From NCBI RefSeq assembly GCF_001447785.1, contig NW_015163605.1, positions 212,787 through 276,786 on the forward strand: a DNA stretch of 64,000 nucleotides, read 5' to 3'. This stretch comes from Gekko japonicus. Its lineage: Eukaryota. The notes beneath the pieces are model-generated. The model was given only the letters and a program-made list of their open reading frames with translations. It was not told the origin of the DNA and did not search any database. Below are positions 28,101-40,100 of the stretch, piece after piece (the first letter of the stretch is position 1; every line of letters starts with the position of its first letter). Position numbers and translations under genes: made by a program.

Positions 28101-31100
28101 ATGTTGGGTATGGCCTATTATGCTAATAAGTTCCTGCTGGGCTTTTTCTACAAAAAAAAGCCCTGTCTACGATGGTCCTCAAAACATACCGAAAGTCCTA
28201 AACTATTTTTAACTATTGCACCTAACTCACACTGCAATCCTAATCAGAGTTACATGCTTTGACTTCAATGGATTTAGGGAGGTATAACTCTGTTTAGGAT
28301 TGCATTGCTAAACTAAGGAAATAGAGGAAGCGTCGTATGTAACCTGACTACTTGCATTCTACCTCACTATTTAAAATTATTTATTTCTTAGCCCAAGTTT
28401 GTTTACTGAACGTCGTAGCAGAACAGAGATTTGAATCTCGGTCTCCCTTGCCCTAATCCAACACTCTAATCATCATGTCATGAATGTTCATAAAATGTCC
28501 ATTTCCAGTACTTAATAGCTTCCTTCCTCTAGTTTTTCTTAATTGTAATGCAAAAGACCAGTGAGATGAATCCTTTTGGCTTTCCTACAAACCATCATTT
28601 GATAACCTTAAAATCATGCCACAGGTATGCATGTTCCTGCAATTTCTCACAGTATATTTGCTCTAAGCACTGCTTGTATCAAAAGGAACAATATAAAAAG
28701 TTATAAAGAGTAAAGATTTACAGGCTTCAATGTTTTGGGAGTATGAACCCTACATATTATTTTAAGTCAAGACCTTACCAAATTGGGAGATATTTAGATT
28801 TGGGAAGTTTCAGATACTTCTATTTCCCCCCACACACACACAACGAACAAAATGGGCTTCATCCTTTAAAACCTAGTAATATTAATGAAATTCAGTAGAA
28901 ATATTGCTGCTAAAATACATGCCCTTTTTTCAAAGTGGAGTATAAACAGTTTAAAAATGTCATAAAACTGCATATAATAGAAAAAATTGCATAAATATCT
29001 TTAAAAACGCTAATCGAAAATGAGAATTTGCCAAGGAAAATAAACGGGACAAAAAATCTTTTCAGTCATATATGAAAATCAAAAAAAAACAAAGTAGAAT
29101 CAATTATTGTTGGAAAATTTGGACTGGGAGCTCAAAAAGAAGCAGGAGAGTGACTCACAGAATTCTGTGAAGACAACAAATTGTTCACTGCAAAGAAATT
29201 TCAGGCAACTGAACAAACTACTGCATGTGTGGACATCACTGGATAGCCAATTCAGGAATCAAACAAATGACATAATTGGAAGAATATGGAGAAGCTCCAG
29301 TCTCTCGGCTAAAACAAGACCAGGAGCTAACTGTGGTAAAGACCATGAAGTGTTAATATTTAAAATTAGAATAAATCTGAAGAAAAACACCAAAACATTC
29401 ATTGTGCCAAAATGCAATCTAAGCAATGTTCTTGAAATGGATCGTATAATGAACAGATTTACATTTGTTCAAGTAAATATGAACTGGAAGAGATATGGGT
29501 TGAACCAGTGATATTATCAGCTTGCAAGACCTGAGCAAGTTTGTTAATGACAGGAAGTTTTGGAGGCCACTCATTCATGGCGTCACCATAAGTTGGAAGC
29601 GACTTGATGGCACTAAGCACACACACAGACACACAAAACGGATGCCTTTTCCCCCAAAGGTGAGTGTAAACATGTAAAAATGGCATACAATTGTTTCTAA
29701 CAGAAACATGATATAAAACACCATTAAAAATTCCAAAAGAAAATGGGAATTTGCCAAAGAAAACAGATGGGACAGAAACAGTCTTTTCAGCCATAGATGA
29801 AAAGTTAAACAAATAGAACATATATGCATACATCCCTAAGTTTAAAGCTGCAATCTGGGAAAAAAACATTTCTGGGAGTAAACCCCACTGAATAAAATGG
29901 GGATTACTTGTGAGCAGACCTGCTCCTAACTGTGTCAACTTAAGCAGCGTTATATCCTTCTTAGCCCATAGATTTCACAGAATTTAAAAGGATGTAACTC
30001 AGGTTTAGGACAGCTCCATAAGTCACTTAAAAATCAACAAGCGCATTATAATTTTTTGATTTTTGCAAAAAATGTTGTGCACTTTTGGCTGAATCTCTGG
30101 CATGGGGTTGCTTTACTAACAGATACGTCAGTATAAAGTACAGCAAAATCAGGATGAAGTGAGTTCATCTACAGTGAAGTTCATTATGGGGGTGAGTTTG
30201 GTTCAGGGCTTAGAGTATCATGCCTTAAGGCATTAGTAGACCACCCACCTGAGTTTCATTCCCTTCTAGCACCACAGTTTAAGGATCCCACACATTCACT
30301 TACTTTCATCACTTCCCCTGATAGGCTGCCGTTTTTGAGTCCTTTCATCACTTGTATTAAAGTGCTGCAAAAGAACTTTGTGCTGGAAAAACAAAACACC
30401 ATCTTCATAAGAGTGAGGAAAATCTCAGATTTATTGTACGTAATAGTAATATCCACAGACTAATATTCATACAGTAAAATACTGTACGTAATAGTAATAT
30501 CCACAGACTAACAAAATATTCATACAGTAAAATGCCTGTGTGTTCTGGCTACAGAAGGGCATCTTCAACTATGACCCTTTTAATGTGTTCAAATCCAATG
30601 GTTCACGTGTACATATAAATATGTCTCTCCATGATAAACATGTGTTTTCTAAAATACATATGATGTGGATATATAAGACAGGATTGGTTGTGACTCATTA
30701 CCACATCAGTGTGTGGTACAGATGTATCTGGCCCAAGAACAAATGGTAAAAATAGGTGCTATTTGATTTATTTATGATCTCATCTTTTCTCCAAGGAATT
30801 CAAGGTGGTTTAAATAATCCCCTATGGTTAACAACAACCTGCAGTAGGGCAGGTTGCTGAGAAAGAAAGGCCCTTCACCTAATGAATATAACAGCTGAGC
30901 AGGGATTTGAACCAGGGTCTTCCCGTCATAATCTGACACCCAACCCACTACACCACAATGGCTCTTCACTGGGTATGTGCACTGGTTGAGAAAACAATAG
31001 TTTTTATAGGGGTATTTTTATTCTTATGATCGAGTATTAAAAAATATTTACCTTTTTCTGAGGTGCTTTAGCTTCTTCTGATCTATCAAAAGCAAATAAC

Positions 31101-34100
31101 AGCATTCACTGACATTCTTTTGGAAGATTGGAACAACCATCTATCAGTCTAACGGTTATGTGTGCTTTACAAGACTTTCCTATGTAGCAGTTACAGACTG
31201 TTTGCACTCCAGTGTCACAACTAACTGGGTTCAATATGTCTGGATGCAGCCTTAGGACACTTCCAGATAGAGGTGTTAGGGAGTGCTGGACAAAGTCACA
31301 CAGGAACTCTGCTCATTGGCTGCCATTTTGCAGTACACTGCTGCTAGCACCATGGCATCTAAGACAGAACCAACCTGCCTTTTCTTTGTGATACTTCCAC
31401 AACAGCAGCTGGAAGGGGTTCTAACTAGAACTCTAGCAAACACATGTAACAGCAAACCGGGGGGGGGGGGGGGATTCTTCAGGACACAGGAATTTAGACT
31501 GAAGAATGGGCAGGGGTCATGGCTCAATAGTACATTACCTGCTTTGCATGAAATAAGTTCCTGGTTCAATACAGAGATATTGACCAGAAAGACTGACCTA
31601 GACAGCCTGACTCAGCGTCATGTGGTCGATATGTTCGGAAGCAGCAGGGCAGGGCAGGGCAGGTACTGAACCCTTTCTCCACCCACTCTTTCTCTACGTT
31701 AAATGGCTACAACCCCCATAACTTTTTAGGACCAGCAGGCTCAAAAGTGTTTTCATAAACCTTGTGTTGCCTTCTCCACCATGTTGTCTAGTAGTACAAA
31801 ATGCCTAAGATGTTTCCCAGTGTTCTTCAAGGTCCACCCCTCCAGCCCATCTTTCCACTACCTTGGCTGCTCCTTGAGGATGGCAGAGACACTGAGAGAG
31901 ACTGTGTATATTAATAGTTAATATAAACTAGTCCATCCTCTAGTCCCTCTCTCTCCAATAATATCTAATATTACACAGTTAATGCCTCACCGTCATTTCT
32001 TTCTCAGTTTTTCTGCCATTCTCAAGGAGCAGCCAATGAAGCGGAACAATGGGAGATATATATATACATATAAAATATATAAACATTCCTAAAAATAGAT
32101 TCAGGTGGGTAGCGTGTTGGTCTGAAGTAGTGTTCCCGCTAAGCTGAGTTAGTGTGCGCTAACAGTTTTTTAGCTTCCAGCTCACACATTTTTGTCCTAG
32201 CTCAGGAAGGATGACTCCAGAGCAGACTAATTTATGCAGTAGCCAAATCGCTCACTCACAACTTTAATGCCAGTAGCTCACAAAGTAGAATTTTTGCTCA
32301 CAGGACTCCAGAGCTTAGAGGGAGCATTGGTCTGAAGTAATAGAACAAAGTTTGAGTTCAATGGCACCTTTAAGACCAACAAAGTTTAATTCTGGGTATA
32401 AGCTTTTGTGTGCATGCACACTTCTTCAGGTATCTGGAAAATTGGGTATGCACATGAAAGTTTATACCCAGAACTGAACTTTGTTAGTTGTAAAGGTGTC
32501 ACTGGACTCATTCCTAAAAATGTTCTAGCTAAGTTCTTCATTGGTGGCTATTCCAAAAACAGGAATGGTTAATGGCTAATATTAGAGATCTGTAAAGAGT
32601 AAATCAGTCGAAAGTTACACTTACAGCCGTTTCATCATTTTTTCCAGCTCTGGGAGTTGGTCTTTGAGTGCTGTAATCATCCTTGTATCATCTGATACAG
32701 ACACATAAAACTCCTGGTAAATGATAAAAAATACTCTTCAAACAATAATCCAAAGAAATTGTTGATTTGTCAAGATACAATATCTTGGGGACCATGGTGC
32801 TGAAGAAAGAGGAAGTTTTCTACTCTGATACCATTTTCCCAATCAAACACAATCCCCATGCTGTGCTTTTAGCCCCAGGAGAGAAAAAGACAGGTACTCC
32901 TCCCATGACTGTATTTTTTTCACTAGTAGAGTTAATAGAAACCTGAGAAGGAAGTCATTTCATTTGGGAAAATGGCATAGGGAGAGAAAAAAGTGTCAAA
33001 ACTTCTATGATCCATATCAGCCCCTCCCTCCATTGCTTTTTTTAAGATGAACAACAGACACGTAGGGAGTTCCAGTCACAAAACTCCAATATCACATGTA
33101 GTGTGACTCTGCAAACATGACCAAACAATATGAATAATTAGTCATTGTTGTCTTGTAATCTGATCAATAAAAGTAATTTTGATTGTCATGGAAAGGTTTT
33201 AATCTACTTTCTCATCTTACAGTCAGGATTTTTTTTAAAAAAAATTATACTGTACATTTAATATTTTTATTATTTCTGAAAGATATGCTACTAGCAATTA
33301 CTAACTGCAGCTTCTATGTGAAAGTTTCCACAACATTGCTCTGTCCAGTTAACATGAGAGTCAAATGTCTAGTTCCCATGTCTTCCCAATGGACATATTT
33401 TCACAACTATTCTAACCTGACACAGTTCAAATTACGAAATAAGACACCATTTTCCAATGAGCTGGTATCTTTCTTTTCCTACGACTGCAGCCACAATATT
33501 GATTGTTGCAAAATTCACTGCGGACAGAAATATCGCTCTGCAGTTTAAAGTCATCTCCCTGGAAAGTGAATTCTAAAACTGGAGAAAATAGCCTCAACAC
33601 AGTTCTTTCGTGCCTCTCCATAAACGGTTGCTGTTATGGATTTATAACTGTTGTTTTTATAGGGTTTTGTTTATGCTGTAAACTGCCTTGAGATCTGCAA
33701 GGGAGAAAGCAGCTAATAAATGTTTAAAAATAAATATCCTTCTGAAAGCAAATGGCACCTGTAGCGGCTATGCCCCTACCTCCAGAAAGGCCATGGCAGC
33801 TTCATCTTCTTGCAGGAGATCTCCATACAAAGCAGCCCACTGCAGGACTAGGCGGATGACCCGCCTTTTATTGTTTAGGGCGTAATCCATTTTTTCTTGC
33901 TCGGTGCCTTGGGAAGGTTGAGCATGGTAAGTGCCGTGATGTCAAGGAAAACATTAGACTCGGCTAGCCTTTTATCTCCCTTTCCAGAATCCCCCAGACT
34001 TTGCTCATGACATACTTTTCAGTCAATTAGCTCTCATTCTCTAGGAAACATAACTGCCTAGGAGGAATTCACAATCAATGAGATTTTCACATGTTCCCAG

Positions 34101-37100
34101 GTTTAAAGATTTTTGTGTCTTCAGATTCTTTATGAGAAGGGGGGAAAGGTAAACCTAACGGCCATTTCATCTTAAAAGACAATGGATTGATTGTTCACAT
34201 AACGAGACATGGGTACAGTTCGTAAGTTGCCTAGGTTGCAGATCCTCTTTGTGTCATCGGGAAGAGTGGGCGCACAACTTTACCTGCACTGTGAATTTGA
34301 GGCCATGCCTGATTCAAAGGTTCCATACATGGAGATATATATCCATAAACCAATCTCCTTGATTCTCACCCTGCCCTCAAAAAAGGAGGATGAAAAGAGG
34401 ATCTAGGTCAGTGTATGGACTAGGCCTATGGTCTTAGCCAGCAAGGCAAAGATACAATACCAATATACAACATGGGTAGTGAACACAAAATAAGTAAGAA
34501 GCAATGCAGATATGTTGTTTATATTACTGCCTTATTGTCATTTCAGAATCTATGACAATCCCATTATTATGCTAGCAATTTCAACCAATAGAGATATTTG
34601 TGTTCTTCATCTTGAGATTCCTGCCTTTGTAATGCAAGCCAAAGACAATAGGGAGCCCTTGGTGTACAAGAATAGCCACAAATAACACCCACCAAGGGAA
34701 GACCATCCACAATTCACAACAATATATGCTCAAAACTGTATATTTACATTCATTGAAGTACAAAAATGGGTGAGTGGTCATAACGCAATAGAATGTCTAA
34801 TAGGCACATATCCAACAGATTGCTCATGACAATTAAACATATTTTACATATTTTACAATAAGAATGTGTTCAAAATTAACAGTAGGCTCCTCTGAAATTC
34901 CATAAATAGTGTCCATAGACCTCCAAACAGAAATTAACTGCAGCAGAAGATACCCACTCTGGAAAGAACAACAGCCAACATACGTCTCTCCCAGATATAA
35001 ATCAAAACGTTTAAATGATCTTCAACAACGGTTGATAAAATGAACCCGATTTCCAAAATAACATATGCCCAGCTCAGTAGCTTCAATGAGATCCCAGGTG
35101 AGTAACAAGGTTAAAACACCGAAAATCAGTTCAAAATAAAACAAAACAATAAAGCATAATGAACTCAACAACTAACTAATAGCTAACAACTAAAAAGTTC
35201 AAAAGCTCTCTTGAAGAGTTTGGGTAGGCAGCCCCTTTGGAATGCCATTAAGGTGAGTGGCCCTTCCTCAACTCTTCTTTGAAAGCCTTCCATAAAATGG
35301 GCAGCCACAGGAAAATCTAATCATGAACAGGAATTAGTGCACTGCATCTGGAGCAGGGGTACATAGCCCAAAGATGTTGCTGTACCATATACAGTTGCCA
35401 CATTGGATCAGATCAGGATCCTTCAGGTATGTGGCCCCCGGTCATAGTATCATAGAATCATAGAGTTGGAAGGGGCCATACAGACCATCTAGTCCAACCT
35501 CCTGCCCAATGCAGGACCAGCCTAAAGCATCTCTGACAAATATTCGTCCAGCCTCTTCTTGAAAGCTGTCAGTGAAGGGGAGCCAACCACCTCTCTAGAC
35601 AGCTGATTCCACCTTTGAACTACTCTGACCGTGAAAAAGTTTTTCCTAATATCCAGCCGATACCTTTCTGCGTGTAATTTAAACCCATTCCTTCGGGTCC
35701 TATCCTCTGCTGCCAACTGGAATAGCTCCTTGCCCTCCTCCAAATCACAGCCTTTCAAATATTTAAAGAGAGCAGTCATGTCCCCCCTCAATCTCCTCTT
35801 CTCCAAACTAAACACTCCCAGGGCCCTTAGCCTTTCCTCGTAGGGCTCAGTCTCCAGTCATGAAGAGCTTTACAGGTAAGCACCAGAATCCTGCATTATC
35901 AACCAAGAAACAAATAGCAAACAATGAAGAGTTTGTAAAATGTATTTATTTTCTTTATACTCTGCCTTTCTTCCAGAAACTCAAAGCAGAAGGGAAGTGA
36001 CATGCCCCCAGTGACTGATGGCGATAAAAAGTGCCAATAAGTCATAGCTGACTTATGGCAATGCCATCAGCTTTTCAAGGCAAAAGATGTTCAGAGGTGG
36101 TTTGCCATTGCATGCCTCCACTTAGCAACCCTGGACTTCCTTGGTGGTCTCCCATTCAACTACTAACCAAGGCCAACCCTGCTTAGCTTCCAAGACTTGT
36201 TGAGATCAGGCTAGCCTGGGCCATCCAGATCAGGCTCCCAGCAACTAGCCCCTGATAACATTCTGTGCCAATTGGCAATTCTGGAGTACTTTCCAGAGTA
36301 CATTATTTAACAACCTAAAAGCATGAAATGGGGGAGAGGGGGACCCTGGCGTTCTTGGTCACTGCTGTAGTCCAAGGGAAGTAGGGTATGTTCAGGTTTC
36401 TACTGCCAATAATTTATTGTCCAATGGCAGCATTAGCCTGGGACTCCAGTTAGGGGTAGTGGTAAGAGAAGGCAATATTCACTGCCTCCCCCATGTGTGT
36501 GTGTGGGGGTAAGCATTCAAGGGGGTGCTGTGTTCCTTTGCTATAACAAAGTCAGTCCCTTCACATTCATCTTCCTCTAGCATACTTTCTCAGACAACGT
36601 GTCGCTCTGCACAGATACCATTTATCCATTAAAAAATAACCAGAGCTGGCTTATAAAACAATGACAGCCAGTAAGAAGAGGAGGAGGAGGAGGAGGAGAT
36701 TGGATTTATACCCCGCCCTTCACTCGGAGTCTCAGAGCGGATTACAAACGCCTTTCCCTTTCCCTCCCCACAACAGACACCCTGTGAGCAATGCTCCCTC
36801 TAAGCTGTTGAGTCTTGTGAGCAAAAATTTTACTTTGTGAGCTCCTGGCATTACAGTTGTGAGTGAGCGATTTGGCTACTGCATAAATTAGTCTGCTCTG
36901 GAGCCATCCTACCTGAGCTAGGACGAAAATGTGTGAGCCAGAGGCTAAAAAACTGTGAGCTAGCTCACACTAACTCAGTTTAGAGGGAACACTGCCTGTG
37001 AGGTAGGTGGGGCTGAGAGAGCTCTTTCCAGAACTGTCCTTGGGAGAACAGTTCTTCTGACAGAACTATGGCTTGACCAAGGTCATCCAGCAGCTGCGAG

Positions 37101-40100
37101 TGGAGGAGTGGGGAATCAAACCCGGTTCTCCCAGATTAGAGTCCACGCTCCTAACCACTACACCAAACTTGTAAACCGCAGTGGGAACAGATTGCAGGTT
37201 CGGTTCTGGGTGCCATCACAGAAAAGATTCTGTCTCTGGTCACCACCTACCTTACTTCCAAAGGTGAAGGTATTCAGAGCATGGCTTCTGTAGAAGGATC
37301 TGGCTAATAGGTTCTTAACTGGTGGCTAAGTTTAAATTGGCTCTCCCATTGATTGCTCATTGACACAGGCCTTCAGAGAGTAGGGGCATTCTGAACAACA
37401 GCATTTTTTTTTGCTGATTTTTTTTAACATTTATTGAATGACAAAACATATACAGATATTGATTTAGAACTTTAAAATTATTTTAAAAATGACTCTGACT
37501 ATAGTGTCTCTCAGGTCATCTGGGATGCAATGAAGGCATTGATCAGAGGGAAGTACATTGCAATTGCTTCAATCTTCTGTGGAGACCTCCCCTCCAGTGC
37601 CCACTGTCTTTGCGAGGCTGCCGGTGAGCTGTTGAAAGGGGGGGGTTGTCACTTATTCTTCAGCCCATTCATAATTAGCTTAGTGGATGCGGCCTACTGT
37701 CTACCCCTGTTCCCAATAGATTAGTCCGTCAGCCAAACAATAGCCCTTCATATTTTTGTTTCCTTATTTGTTCCCAGTCAAGTTTGTCTATGTTCATTTT
37801 CTCTAATACGGGGTACCATTTATCCATAGGGTTAAATTCTGAACAACAGCATGGCCAAGGGAATCAGGTTGGCTTTTAAATAACCGTAGGAGCATGTTAT
37901 CACAGGTGTTACTACAGCTCACTGGATCCATTACAGTTTACTGTGGGTAGGCCTACAATCCATTTAAACTAAGGATGGTTTGCCCCACTCCCCTCTCCTT
38001 TACAGATTTTAGCTGCTGGAGCCGTGCTCTCCACAGAGAGTGTGGGAGGGTACCTGCATTTCTTCATCTCCAGTGGAGATAAAAGTAGTTTAGGGTTAGG
38101 CACTCTTGGGATAAAAACAACACAAGGGGAATGTTAAAAAGATCATCCTCTCCCCCTTTCCTGTCTCCATGTAGAAATTAGCAGCAATCTGTACGGGAGA
38201 GGGGGAGGAGTTCTTTAATGATTATGGGATAACACCTATCGTGTATTCTGCTCCCCCTAACTGTTGGGATTATTAGTGCTTCCTGAGGCAGCTGTCTCTA
38301 TCCTCAAGGGTTTCCGTAGGTAGTTGAACTCCAAATAGTTTCAAAACAGTGTTTTTAAAAAGTAGCCAGTTCATTCAGGTGTAAAATTCTATCACTTTTT
38401 GAAAGGGCAAATTTTGACAGGAAAATTAGACAGCCATGATTGTTTGGCACAGCCTTAGGTTTACTGCACGTTATAACATCTATCTTGAACTCCAATGTCA
38501 TGGTCACTAAACATGGATCTGCAAACATGGGTTTGAATTCTAGTCCCGTTCAGCTCCAAATGTGATTTTAAGCAGATTGTCTGACTGGCTGCGAGATACA
38601 GAGGGAAGGGGGGCTCATGAATAAAAGGAAAATTGAATGCAGTGGTATCCTGTGTTTCCCAGGTGGAATTAATGGCCCAGAATATTTTCCACATATGACA
38701 GTTCTGACAAGCAGAGGGCCCAATGTGACAATAATTCTTAAAATAAAGTGCTTCCTTCAAATCAAAGCATGAGAAGCTTGACATGCAATCTATGGTATGA
38801 CTCCAAAGATTTTCAGCAGCTCAAAGGGGGGGGGGAACCCCCCACAAGAAATCTAGGGAAAAAGCTCTCCAGTCTCCAGAAGATACAGTAACATGTACAA
38901 TGCGACTAAATTGGTAATTTAAGGGGGAGGGGGAAACATTTAGGAAGTGAAGCTTAATAAGCCATAATTTTATAACGGTTTCCTTGAAGTCTTAATAAAA
39001 AAAAGCTACTAGGAAATTAAGACATTCTGTCAGGACTCCCATTACAGCAATTTGGCTGCTGGGATTTGGGGATATTTATAACAACCCATATTTTAATTCA
39101 TTTTGGAAAATAGTTAGTTAAGAAAAAGGAAAGCTAGATAGGTTATTTTATGGAGGTGGGATATAGTTGCGCTTAAGCTTCAGTCTCTATAATATTTCAG
39201 ATATCCAGAAACATTTCACCGAGTCAGTCTCCTCATGCAGTTTCCACTATGCAAGCACTGTAATTATTTAATATCCTTTAACCTGCTTATTAAGTGACTC
39301 ACCGCAGGCATTACTAATTTTTCCCCCTATTCCCATTGCTCGTCTACTTATTTTTAATTCCGCTAATAATTTCTCCCATGCAAATGCTATCACAGGAAAA
39401 CTCGGGGGGGTGGGGGGAAACCCTTTCTGAAATGTTCGGGCTGCGTATCTATCAGAATAATAGCTTTATGTATAAATAAATGCCAGAGAGGCTGTAATTT
39501 CTGAAGTATTAATCAACAATGATGTTGTGACTGAATACTGATTTCGGAAAATGTTGTTGCCTCAAAACTGAAGCAAGCGGTGCCTCCTTCAGTGCAATCT
39601 GGTATCCAATTCCATTCAGGATGGAGTATGCACATGGGTGCAGATGCATGCCAAATGCCAGTCTTTACATATATATTTATACATACAGACAGATATATAT
39701 TTTTGTACTTGTTGGCCATGTTTGGCTTTAACCGATTTCGGGGGGGGGGAACCCTATGAATCCTACAAGAGTCAATGCTGACAGAGCAGCGTACATCTCT
39801 ATCCTTACAAATCTTTTTAGCAGGTAGATAGCAGGTTAACTATTGTGGCTTCTCCCAAAGAATTCAAGGAAATATAATCTGGTGAAAGTGCTGAGAACTT
39901 TCTCTGTTGACGTTTCTTAAGATCACCCCAACAAAGCTATAATTCCCAAGGTTCCCTGGGGAGAGGGAGTGAATGTTATACCAGCTTAACCCTGTGGTAC
40001 ACGTGATGAGGGTACCATATGTTTACACCATTGACACAAACCGTGGCTCCCCCAGGCTGTTTCAGTTCAAAGAAATAGCATTACGGGACAACTCTCCTTT

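Noticed and set aside
34580-35170. Further Penelope-like remnants (also about 50600-51400 and 57500-57900)
   Set aside because: Only compositional resemblance; no TSD, core motif or peptide could be pinned down.
7870-36235. 5S rRNA genes
   Set aside because: The copies are diverged, have an altered 5' end and a LINE-like tail, so they are SINEs rather than rRNA genes.
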